Shown: piece after piece, positions 11,466 to 23,106 of the stretch
How the letters are laid out: every line of letters starts with the position of its first letter
How positions within the stretch are numbered: position 1 is the first letter of the stretch
Origin: Felis catus
Taxonomy: Eukaryota
Reading direction: 5' to 3'
DNA length: 64,000 bases
Assembly (NCBI RefSeq): GCF_018350175.1
Contig: NC_058368.1
Coordinates: 41,480,001 to 41,544,000, forward strand
Notes under the pieces: model-generated
What the model was told of the DNA's origin: nothing
Database searches by the model: none
Seen by the model: the letters and a program-made list of their open reading frames with translations, nothing else
Program-made: the position numbers and the translations under genes

Positions 11466-12850
11466 GTGGCTTACCATGTTGCATAAGGGAGTTGGAGTGT
11501 AAAACAAATAACTTTGTCCTCTATAGCATTTTATTTTCTTTTTTGGCCCAGGGAAAATGCTTCCATGTGTTAGAACTTATATTGTATATTCTTCAAAGAT
11601 GTGTGGCCCTAGAGGTTGTAAAATAATTTCAGAAATCATACATATAGTGATTCTAAATCCACATAATAACTTTTAGAATAACTGTTGTTGGTAGGTGACT
11701 TATACCATTTTTTTCTGCAGTGGGAATTAAAAACAAAACAAACATATGAGAAATCCATATACTAGTAACTTCAAAGAATTATTTGTAAGGTTCTTTGAGG
11801 TCAACCCTAATTCAAGACCAAGGAAAAAGCGTGGAAAGCAGCAGAAAGACATGCCTGTCCTGTGATGAGAACACATCATGCTCCATATACTACTCAAATA
11901 TCAAAAGTAGGTTATCTATTAAAATACAATTTTTGATGTTGCCCTTATTATAGGAAAATGAGTTTGTTCCTAGTGTTTTCTTAAACTGATCCATTTCTAA
12001 TTTAATCAACTCCCAGGTAACTTTTCCTTCTACTGGATAAACCTGGAAGTTTTTTAATCTTCAATCAGTCTTTTGTTTTATACAGTGGGTAAGTTGAGAG
12101 CTGTGGGGGGGAGATCTCCCAACTCAAAAACTAGCCCCTCAGTGTGGCCCAGGAGCTCTTCCATAGTTTCTTTGCCATTATATCCAAAACCCTTTTCAAA
12201 ACCTCTCTGCTCTCATCAAATCTCCAAACCCATTGCTCTACTCTGACTTAAGATTTTCACCTTCTACTTCACAATGAAAAAGAAGTACTAAGAATAGTCA
12301 ATTCCATTCACCCTTAATTGGGAGAATTCATGGAGCTCCTTCTTCCCACCTGATGTACCCTCCAATTCACGTCACGACATAAACAACCCAACAAAAACAA
12401 CTAACGATAAAGAAGGGCTCTGGTTTCTAAATAAACTGGTCATATTTGCAAATTGTGTAAGATGCCTCTTATTAGACATTACCCTTGTCCTATCTGTCCC
12501 TTGCATTTGACAAGTAATTCATTTTGTTTCTCTAATATCTTCTGTGCTTCTCTCAATCATGGTGCCTCATAAATGCTTGACTGAAATGATTACTATTCAA
12601 GTATAAACACCAGAAATAATTAGATACATTCTGAAGGATGAAAATTTACAAGAATATTTAGTCATAATTCTCTGAAAATGACTTGAAAAAGAATATTATG
12701 AAGTTTAAATCTAAACTGGGTAGCTTAGAATTAAAACATCGCATGTCCCCTTAGACATAAAGGAGATGCAATAGCTACTCAATTGTAGAAAAGACTGTAC
12801 TAAAGATGAAAAAAAAATTGAATTAGGTTGTCTGTCTTTGTCCAGTTGAG

Positions 12851-12854
<4 letters not shown>

Positions 12855-12894
<40 letters not shown>
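12855..12894. repeat. Poly(T)40
   Basis: Uninterrupted T run. Confidence 0.97.
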
Positions 12895-12899
<5 letters not shown>

Positions 12900-13018
12900 A
12901 CTTACTCTTTCTCAATTACATGGGGGGAATTAGTCTTTCTTCAATTACGAGTAACAGAAGCTCCACTTCCACAAATTCCTTCTGAATTCTGCCATTTTTG
13001 CTCTGGGTAACAATCAGA

Positions 13019-13055
13019 AAAACAAACAAACAAACAAACAAACAAACAAACAAAA
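13019..13055. repeat. (CAAA)n microsatellite
   Basis: Directly visible. Confidence 0.95.
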
Positions 13056-16034
13056 CACTAGTCAGTTTTCACAACAGGAACATTTTTATTCAAGACTTAC
13101 TTAAAGGGTGGCAAGGGGGTGAGAGAGGAACAAGAGGAAAGAAATAAGATAAGGAAAAATGGAAAAGGAAGTTAAAAAGAAGTAGAGGAAATAAGGGAAC
13201 ATAGAAATGCTAGAATAATGGAAGTAGAGTCAGCCTGGAAGTTGGGGAAAGGAGAGATTTACACCTAAATTTATTTACAGACAGAACATGTGTCCTTGAG
13301 GAGTGGCAGCAGATGCCGTCTCCCTATTTCATTCTAGAATCCTCCACTCTGTTCCATTTAGTGTGGTCACTGACAAATTATATTTACTTACCAACTAAGT
13401 AATCCAGCAGCATAAGTAGAGGTCTTCCCTCACTGAATTGCCTTAAGGTATGAATTAAAATGTAAACCTGTGAAGTATCAATAAAGCTGACATAAAACTT
13501 TTTGTTCCCAAAGATAGAAAGCAAAAAGAGCATGGCCTTAGGATAATATACTATGCCTAAAGGCTAACCGCGTCTCCTGCCACACATTATATTGGAGTGT
13601 TATTACATTTTGTCTATTAAAGGCATAGTGCCCTTGGGATTTTACAGGGTTTTGAACATAAATCCTTCTGCAGCTCGAATTTAGTTGATGCAGAAGTATA
13701 TACCATGGCTCTAATGCTCATGAGTGGGACAAAATACCAAATCATATCTTGAGATGCCTAATGTGAGTGTCAAATTACCAGCCTCCACCAAGCAAAAGGG
13801 AATGCTAATTAAAAGGGTAGGACATGTTCCAGTTGTTCTAATCAAAGAGAGCTTAATCCTTCCATAAGCTGGCTGGCTTTGTTGGAGGAAATTCTGAACA
13901 ACCTTGTTACTTTTGATAACTGTAAGCCACTGACTCATGGCCCCTTGACAGCTAGCTGAGCATGTAATAACATTTCTCTGTATTTGGGGACTGGCTTAGC
14001 TGGCTTTATAATAGATTATTGTGGATGTTAAAGTGAAATGTTAGTCTTTCTTTAAAGCTCTGTATTCCCCAGTAATTAAGGTTATAAAAAGGGCACTGAG
14101 CACAATATAGTTTCAAGGTCGCCAAACACAGATATAACAGCCTTCAGTTTGTGTAAATAAGGTATTAACCATAGGTTTATTCTGCAATTGTGTCATGAAA
14201 AATAGGTTTTTCAAGAGCAGTTTGATGGGAAAGTATTTTGAGGTGAATTTAAAAATGCTTTTTTTCTCTTTTAGTTCCAAAGAAATTAATGAATAGAAGG
14301 GAAAGCAAGTGACATTACAGAAAGGCAAGAAACAGAAAAAGAAAAAAAAATACATATATATATATATAATTTTAAAAGTTGAAAGCTATCAGTTAAAGAG
14401 AAAAAAACAGATACCTGAGCAGAGTTTCATCCCAAAGCATTTGAGGTTATGGGTATAACAAGAACCTTGGAGAAATCACCACCTTTGGCATGAAATGTCT
14501 ACAGAGACCACACAAACAAGGATTTCACTTTCACTTTCAAGGCAGTGACAGTTATTGGCTATTTGTGTTTCCAATTCATTGTAAATGGAAAAAGTTAAAG
14601 AAAAAGTTCACCCAAGAGAGCCATTTAACCACTTATTTCAAAGGAAGAAATTGATATAGTTTCACTTAACTTTACAGTTTTGATACTTACTCACCATTTG
14701 AATCAGATCCTTATGTTCATCATTAAAATAAAGAGAAACGTTACATCGTGTGTTTCATAGGAAATACTTCTTTGTGGTGTTCAATTGCCATATAATTTGA
14801 GATGAAAAAAAAAAGATTTTCTATTTAAGTACTGTAAAGGTAAAACAACTTCCTATAGAGCAAAAAGTCACACTAATGGTGTAGATTACTATTGCAGAAG
14901 GGTCCTCGAGTTGGGAAAGCATAATTTATAGTGTCAGTAAGGCAATCATATTTTCATTCTACCAGATAAGATCAGGGCAGGTACTCCCCAAGGAGCGAGC
15001 CTCTTTGCTTCAATTTTAAACTGATGAAAGGGAGGATGTGCAATGCTTTATAGTGCAGACAAAAATGTCACATCAGTAATTGCTATGCAGGTGCGTAAGT
15101 ACATGCCAAATAAAACCATAAATTATATTTCTCATGCATTAGGCGTTAATTGTGTCAGTAGTTAAAAGAACAATTACCACATAATATGTACCTTTTTAAA
15201 AGATAGAAATACTCAGGAAAATCATTCGGATAACCTTTTGTGAAGAATTAAGACTTCCTTTGAAGGTATTTTACATTTCTGTGCCTATCTTCTAAGCAGA
15301 AATCTTTATTTTAGTCAAATTCCTGCCATCAAATGCCATATATAATATATCGAAGGCTTCCAAAATGTATCAAATAAAACTATAATTAGGGATATAATGA
15401 ATTCATTTGAAGTTACATGGTAGAATAAAATGAAGCTTGCATAATTTTCAGGAAATTAAAGCCATCGTAGACATCACCAGCCCCTTTCTCTCTCCCCACA
15501 CAAATTTACTCAGTTCCTCCTTTAGAAGAGACAAGCATTTTAATAGCTGTGTACCTCACACCTGTAAACCTGGTAACCTTGTTTGGGTTGCTCCTCCCAT
15601 CTGCTCTTTCCTAGGCACAATTTCTCTCCCACATTCACCCAGTCTTTGCCAACCAGAGCCCTTTTCTGGCATTGTTCAAACACAACTTAGGGAGAAGAAG
15701 TGTCTTGTTCCTCTCTGGCCATAAGGCAACGAGGATACAAGCACTGGGCTGGTGATGCTGAGGTTTAAGTATTGCTGAGAAATGAATGCACAGAGGAAAG
15801 CAAAGACAAGAGCAACAATGGGAAACTGATGGTATTAAAATTTCCAACATCCTTAAGGGCATATCTACCACTGACTTTTCTGGAGTTGAGTTTGGTGCAC
15901 TAATTACCAACTCCTTTTGGTGTATGATACTTTGGGTTTTTTATACCCATAAACAAAGGAAATGTGGGAAACACATCTGTGTTCCCATTGGACTTTGTTG
16001 CTGTTGTTAAGCTATTTTATATTAATTGGCTAAG

Positions 16035-16240
16035 ATGCCTAGAACTTGCATTTGAATATGACTCAACCATTTCCCAGATAGATCTCAGTCAAGTGTCTAA
16101 ACCTCTCTGTGATTCAGTCCCCTTATATTAAATTAGGTAATAAGTATACCTGACTCATGGGAATGTTATGAAGAGAAATGAGTTAATATATGTAAAGAAC
16201 TTAGGCCAGTAGCTGGCACAAGATAATTACAGCAATAATA
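16035..16240 (+). mobile_element. MIR
   Basis: aacctctctgtgattcagt...gttatgaag...aatgagttaatatatgtaaagaacttag...ctggcaca. Confidence 0.85.
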
Positions 16241-16244
16241 AAAT

Positions 16245-16400
16245 AATATTAGGTTTTATCAAGGCCACTTAAATTGATTATGACTTTTAATCATAACAAA
16301 AATCCATAACAGTTGCTTTCAGTGTTCTCATTTCACAGATAAGAACACTGATTACAGTCATAGTCCTGGCACTGAATTCCAGGTTTCTTTGAATCTGATT
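16245..16400 (-). mobile_element. MIR fragment, tail-to-tail with the preceding MIR
   Basis: ctcatttcacagataagaacactga is the reverse MIR core. Confidence 0.6.
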
Positions 16401-17557
16401 ATTGTGTTCTTTCCCTTTTATAAGGCTACCTCTCATAATGTTAATATGAAACTCGTTTCATTATATTATTGTTTACTATATAAAAGTCCATTTCTTCTGC
16501 TAGATGATAAATCTTGTGAGAATGGTAACTATACTAAATTCATTTTGCTAAACGAAGTACTTAGCAATGTACTTGTTCTTCTTCCCTCTCCCCCAACACT
16601 TTTCCTTCCTTCTCTTCTGTCCTCCCTTTCCCAGGTCAAATACCTATGCCAAAGGGTCATACAATCTACTGGAAAATGATTTGGACTCAGTCTCCTGGCT
16701 CCCAAAGTTTCCTTACCTCCACAGAATATTGTCACCCAAACAAAAAGCATATTTGCTTATTTTCCCGTGACCTGAGACTGCCCCCTACTTAACTCTCACA
16801 GGTGCTCTTTCATGAGGTGATCTCTTCTCACTGGTCTGGATTTTGTATGGAGTCACTGCTATAACTCAGCTTTGCATCTATAGCTCATTTCTCTCCAATC
16901 TTCATTGCCCTTGATATGTTCCACAAAGATCACCTTGCCTTTGATTCTAAATTCCCAGCATAGAACTACTATGAATCTCTACTGTGGACCTGTTATACTT
17001 GATTACTAATGACTGATCACTTCCACTGTCAAGCTGTATTCCTTCCTGCTAGCCCCAAGATGACACTTCCTGCTCCAGAGAGCAAATCCTCTCCCTAACA
17101 CACAGCACTACACATACCTCAGAAGGCCATGTTTTTGTCACAAAGCCATGAATTCATAACACATGTAAAGCTAGAAATGTTGAGGTCAAAGACGGCTCGG
17201 TAATATAAAGCCAACATGTTTCTCAAAGGCTGAGGAAAAGCCTAGAAAGTTGCCAGTGACAATTTATAAATGTCAGATCACTTACAATTGTACTCAGTAA
17301 ATGTGGCTTAGATTGTAGGACATTCTCCTTTACTTTTAGCATATACTTTTAGAAATATCTTTTCACCAAACCAACTTTCCTAGTGTTTGCAAAATCTTTC
17401 CGGTTAGCATGTATGATGTGTTGAAACATCTATTATCTAGTACTCTGAAATTTCTCTAAATTTCTCTAAACTCTAAATGTCTTTTAGTCAAGTTGTATAT
17501 TTATTTGTAAAAATATATTTACTTATAACAAAAAAAAGCTAAAATATGTGCTAGACA

Positions 17558-17719
17558 GGGGCACCTGGGTGGCCCAGTCGCCTGAACGTTTGCCTTTGGC
17601 TCAGATCATGATCTCATTATTCATGGGTTTGAGCCCTGCATCAGGCTGTGTGCTGACAGCTTGGAGCCTGGAGCCTGCTTTGAATTCTGTGTCTCCCTCT
17701 CTCTCCCTGCTCTTCCCCT

Positions 17720-17760
<41 letters not shown>

Positions 17761-17794
17761 AATAATTAAACATTAAGAAAATTAAAAAAAATAA
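17558..17794 (+). mobile_element. Can-SINE
   Basis: GGGGCACCTGGGTGGC head, (CT)n tract; degenerate TSD taaaatat(g/c)tgc(t/c)agaca. Confidence 0.97.
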
Positions 17795-18099
17795 TAAAAT
17801 ATCTGCCAGACAATAACAGACCAAACTAAATAGCCTCAGAGCATCCAGGAAATTACCTAATTCATTTTAACTTATGAAATTTGGAAATATCTTTAAGAGT
17901 TTAACTAATACATTTTTTTCACTGTAACATTGTGACTATCATCATCACAATGGAATACCCCAAAAGTGGTAGGTTAGAAACATGTAAATAGAAATGATGT
18001 ACCCTTTCTCAATACATTTTAAGTAATAAGGAATAAACACAAATAATATCTAAGTTAGCTTGCTGTAGGACTTCATGACAAACAAGTAACAGAGGACTA

Positions 18100-18710
18100 C
18101 TTAGAGACTGCTGGTAGGCGTGTAAATTGGCATAACCAATTTGAAACACTATTTAGCATTACTACTAAAGATAGACATTCCTATATCCTATGAACCCCAA
18201 TTCCACTTCTGGCTACACAACAAAAAAGAAATTAACACATATGCCAAAGATTGGTGAAAGAATGTAAGTAGCAGCATTATAATATCTCCAAACTGGAAAC
18301 AACCACAATGGATTATCAGAGTAAATTTTTTAAAAAAAATAATAAACTGGAACATAATATACTAGAAAATACTATAAAGTAATGATAACAAAAAAATAAA
18401 TGCAACACTCAAAAATGTAAATATGCTTCACTTATGTAATATTGAGGGAAAAAACGTAGGTCTAAGAAAGAGTATGTACAGTATAGATCCATTTATATAA
18501 AGTTCAGACAAAACCAATCTATTTTGTTAAAAGACAGGATAATGATTATCCTTTGGTGGCATGTAGATATTGAAATTGATTACAAAAAATTCTTTTAGAG
18601 GATTGATAATAGTTACACGAGTATATTTGCTTTCTGAAAATTCACTGAACTGTGCAATGATGATATCTTCACCTTTCAGGTTTTATGCTATCCTTCAATG
18701 AATAGTTTAC
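18100..18710 (+). mobile_element. Old L1 (L1ME-like) ORF2 end and 3' UTR
   Basis: actgctggtaggcgtgtaaattgg...caattccacttctgg...caaactggaaacaacc...ccatttatataaagttca. Confidence 0.8.
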
Positions 18711-18761
18711 CTGAATCAGAAAAACAGTCACAAAGTGAAATATTAAAAAAGGCAACTTCTA

Positions 18762-18973
18762 AGGGCACCTGGGTGGTTCAGTTGGTTAAGTGGCTGGCTC
18801 TTGATTTTGGTTCAGGTCATGATCCGTGGTCGTGGGATCAAGCCCTGTGTCAGTATCCAAGCTGAGGGTAGAGCCTGCTTGGGATTCTCTCTCACCCTCT
18901 CTCTATGCCCCTCCCCCGCTTGCATGGGTGCACTCTCTCTCAAAATAGGTAAATAAACTTTTTGAAAAAAATT
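18762..18973 (+). mobile_element. Can-SINE (older subfamily)
   Basis: Full head and tail; degenerate TSD aaaaa(a/t)ggcaac(t/g)tcta. Confidence 0.96.
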
Positions 18974-19121
18974 AAAAATGGCAACGTCTACATGAGTTGA
19001 CAGAAGGGTTCACTTAATCCCAGAGAAGTCGAGCAAGGGCTTGTGGAAAATATGAAGATTAAATGGAGTCTTGAAAAAAGTATAGGAGTAATTCCCTGTA
19101 ATTCATCTTGATAGTAGTATC

Positions 19122-19677
19122 TGTTAGAATGCAGTTTAACTAAAAATAACACAGCAAAAAGAAAAAAAAAAAAGAAAGAAAAGAAAAAAGAGCAAATGAA
19201 TCAGTGTAGCTTAAGCAAGATAAAAATGTATTTCTCTCTCATTAAAGAAGAAATTGAGAGATTGAGTCCAAGTGAGGTATGGCATATCCAACATGTTTGC
19301 TAGACACCAGCTCCCATCTTGGTTGTATCATGGTGTACAATGTTGGTGAATGGCTGGATTTCCTGATTCCTTGTGCTCCAATATGACTGCTGGAAATACA
19401 GCTCTCAGAGTCTTGATACTGAGTGGGCAAAGGAAGCAAAACAAAAGGAAAAAAAAATGGACTCTTCAGTTAAATAATTTCCCTTTAAACCTTTGTCTAA
19501 TGGGAGCTTCATTCCCATTTATATCTCATTAGACACATGGCCACAATTATCCTAGGAAGAAGTTGGAAAATGCAGTCTTTCATTCTGAGAGGTAAAGTAC
19601 TGAGTTAAAAATGAGTCCGTTATTAATTGAAACAGGATAAAAGAGTTTGCGATAGGTAGATAAAGTTCTCTGCCACA
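19122..19677 (-). mobile_element. Old MaLR LTR (MLT1J/K-like)
   Basis: gcttaagcaagataaaaatgtatttctctctca...atatgactgctg...cacatggccac...tctctgccaca terminus. Confidence 0.65.
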
Positions 19678-20158
19678 GTTGAAAACAGTAAATTGGTATC
19701 ACTAAGGACCCACATTGTAAAACACCAGTTTTGAGGCATAGAACTGATTTTGAAATAAATGAATGGCCATCTCTGTGGCCTTAGAGGAGAGTAAAGTGTG
19801 GTACCTGTCTGTGGAAGTGTAGAAGTAGCAGGATTTGCAGGTCTTATTTCTTTTTCTTTTTCTTTTCATTTTTCCTTTATATACCCTCATCCAAAGAAAA
19901 AGATAAATAGCTAGAACAAAAAATATTTCCTTACATGATTTCATATTTAATCATTTGAAAGAAGCTTTTGTAAATGTTTTGAAATATCTCTGAGTCCAAA
20001 GTTAGCCCTATGTAAGGAGGGACCACTATTAATGATAAGATTCTTTGTTTTTTGAAATTCTGGCCACATCTTTTCATCAGAGATACTGTTCAGGGCAATT
20101 TTGTCTTATAGGCTTTCCCTGAAGTCAAATGCACTTAGAGATAACTGTAAATGGTATT

Positions 20159-20537
20159 TGTTGCAGTCAGACTGAGCTGCTCTAACAAAAATACCATAGA
20201 CTGGGGGGCTTATTAACAACAGAAATTTATATCTCACAGTTCTGGAGGCTGTGAGTTCACGATCAGGGTGCTAGCATGGTCAAGCTCTGGCGAGAAACCT
20301 CTTCCAGGTTAGAGATTGCTGACTTCTTGTAGGATCTCCACAAGGCAGAGTAGATAGAAGAAGGAAGCTCTCTCGTGTGTGACTCTAATAAAGATACTGG
20401 TCCCACTCATGAGGGCTCCACTGGCATGACCTGATCAGATCCTAATAACATTCCAAAGGCCCCACCCCTCCTAACACCCGAGGGTAGGGTTTCAACATAA
20501 GTATTTTGGAGGGGATGCAACCCATCAGTCCATAGCA
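20159..20537 (-). mobile_element. MaLR solo LTR, MLT1A/A0-like
   Basis: aataccatagactggg...aacaacagaaatttatatctcacagttctggaggctg...tcatgagggctccac...cagtccatagca. Confidence 0.9.
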
Positions 20538-20639
20538 AGCACTGAGAAAACGTTTACACTAACCAAGCTACAGAAATATTTCAAGGTACTCTGCCTAGTT
20601 TCTTCAAGTACAAGATTCTAGTTCACAGGAATTACCTGA

Positions 20640-20770
20640 GATGGGTAAAAGCCCCTACTAGACTGTACATCCCTCAAAGTCAAGAACTGTTCATACTTGT
20701 GTGTGTCTAGAATCTAGTAGAGTGCCCAGCGCTTAATAGGCTTTTAAATTTTGATTATGGAATAAGTGAA
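20640..20770 (+). mobile_element. L2 3' end fragment
   Basis: ctactagactgta...tctagaatctagtagagtgcccagc...taggc. Confidence 0.55.
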
Positions 20771-20789
20771 TTGGATTCTGGTAACAAAA

Positions 20790-21200
20790 GTCAGCTGTAC
20801 TCACACAAAAAATATATTCTCTCCCTGTATAAAGTGAAACTAACTACGTATGAAGTGAAAGTGTCTGCTCAGCATGTCTTGAATCCAGGTATAGGTAAGT
20901 GACCACTTCTCGCCAATGGAATGTGAGCAGAAGATGATGAGTAAATCCCTGGGCCAGGGCTTTTGAAAAGCAGGTGCACTGTGCTCTCTTCTTCAAGTTT
21001 GAAGTAGAGATTTTGAGATATAGAGATGGTGCAGCCATAAAATGGAGCAGAGCTAGGTCATTGTATCACCACATGGAGTAGAGCTACTCCAAAATAAGAA
21101 AAGCCACATTGGATTCATTGCTGAGCAAGAAATATTCTGTAGGTTGAAGCCATTGAGATTTGGGGGTTTATTTGTTAAATCAACAAACATAACCATAACA
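20790..21200 (+). mobile_element. Old MaLR LTR (MLT1I/J-like)
   Basis: gccaatggaatgtgagcagaag...agatggtgcagcca...gagcaagaaata...aagccattgagatttggggg. Confidence 0.75.
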
Positions 21201-21495
21201 AAGGCAAAAATCACTCCCTAAAAGATAGAATATATAAGTTTGTGTTCTAAAATAATGTGACCTCTGAACAAGGGAAAGAAAACAGGCTGAAACCTTTCAC
21301 GTACCAGCATCTGCACTTGTAGCTTGTATCAGCCATGCTGCTTTTTTTTTTAACGAAGATATACATATATGAAAATGTTCTTACTTAGTCACTGCCATCG
21401 GTACCCGTAAAAAAGAACTATTAAAACTCTATTAAATACAAATTCTTATATTCCCTACTTTGAGGTCCCAAATCACGTGAATACTTCTGCTAATT

Positions 21496-21716
21496 CAGGA
21501 TTTCTCAAACTCAGTATTATTGACATTTAGGGTCAGATAATTCTTGCTGTAGGGGATTGTCTTGCATATTGTAGGATGTTTAACAGCATTCCCGACCTCT
21601 ACTCCGTAGATGTCCATAACACCCTGCCATTTGTGACAACCAGAAATGTCTTCAGATAGGAGGTATTGCCAAATGACCTCTTGTGGGCAAACTCCCTCCT
21701 GTTTGAGAATCACTTG
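21496..21716 (-). mobile_element. MER20 (hAT-Charlie MITE)
   Basis: caggatttctcaa...tattgacatttagggtcagataattctt...tgtgacaaccagaaatgtc...ttgagaatcacttg; degenerate terminal inverted repeats, ~220 bp. Confidence 0.9.
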
Positions 21717-22440
21717 TGATCAGAACCATCATATGCCATTCCAAACTATAAGTATGTTTCGTCAGAAAAAGACACCTGTTGGATTGTTATGCAGCATGTC
21801 TCATTTATTCAAATTGAGTCACCTCATGCTAACATATCTTTGTTGCTTTCTAATTAAAAAACTACAAAATACAAAAATCCATAATAGTGAATCTGTTTAA
21901 TCTAATTTGGGATTTGATGAGAACACATCTTTACATTATATCAATGTATGGCACATAGTATACATTAAAAAAAAAGACCTGTTGATAATATTTTAACCCC
22001 CTCCTGAGCTAAACATTGTACCAAAATACATATTTGATATGGAGAAATACAGTTCATTCATTTATTCAGGAAATACTAAGTTACTAAAGACAAGTTTTAT
22101 GCTAGGTGCTGGAGTCACATAGAAAATTTGATAATTATGATAGTCACTTGAAACATTTTCCAGAAAGACTGCATTGCTCCATCAAAGCCTTACAAGGCAG
22201 ACTGTGCATGTTATGTCCACATATTTAAATCTATAAAAATAAAGGTTTGCAGTTGCTTTTCCCTAAAAGTCTATATAAATATTATGCAGCAAGAAAAACA
22301 TCAATTTTTGCATTTTATAGTCTTGATATTTAATTAAGAATGTAAACATGAGTATTAAATCAAATTTCTGAAATATACATTTGCATAATGGTAGAGCCAT
22401 CACAGTGTATGTAATAGAGATTGAAATGTAAAACTTTTTA

Positions 22441-22625
22441 AAAGTTTATTTATTTATTTTGAGAAAGAGTGAGAGAACAGAGAGAGAGAGGGAGAGAAAC
22501 CCAAGCAGGCCCTGAGCTGTCAACATGGAGCCTGATGTGGGGCTAGAACCCACGAACTGTGAGATCATGACCTGAGTCAAAACCAAGAGTAGGGCGCTTA
22601 ACCGACTGAGCCACCCAGGTGCCCC
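22441..22625 (-). mobile_element. Can-SINE
   Basis: Full body; 17-bp TSD AAATGTAAAACTTTTTA at 22424-22440 and 22628-22644. Confidence 0.97.
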
Positions 22626-22895
22626 TAAAATGTAAAACTTTTTATAGGATTTCATATCTTATATTTATCACTCACATCATGGTATTTTGAGAATAATTTT
22701 ATCAATCAATTTGATTGATTCTTTTTTTTATTCTTCAAGCTAAAATGATTACTAATAGAATGCATGCTCCAATAGTTCAAAATAGGAAAAATGAAAGAAG
22801 ACTTAGATCAATATAGATATGTTTGAAGTCTTTGATATGTCCCTTTCTTAAGATTTTGAGAGAGTTTCTGATCGTTTGTTTTACTTGTTTTTAAA

Positions 22896-23106
22896 TTTTT
22901 TTTCAACGTTTATTTATTTTTGGGACAGAGAGAGACAGAGCATGAACGGGGGAGGGGCAGAGAGAGAGGGAGACACAGAATCGGAAACAGGCTCCAGGCT
23001 CTGAGCCATCAGCCCAGAGCCTGACACGGGGCTCGAACTCACGGACCGCGAGATCGTGACCTGGCTGAAGTCGGACGCTTAACTGACTGCACCACCCAGG
23101 CGCCCC
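22896..23106 (-). mobile_element. Young felid SINE (SINEC_Fc type)
   Basis: Nearly identical to the copies at 6429, 54797 and 58174; perfect 20-bp TSD TTGTTTTACTTGTTTTTAAA at 22876-22895 and 23107-23126. Confidence 0.98.

Noticed and set aside
16600..17100. Possible ancient LTR fragment (similar impression at ~12900-13390 and ~23930-24400)
   Set aside because: Composition is suggestive, but I could not identify termini, a TSD or a diagnostic motif.
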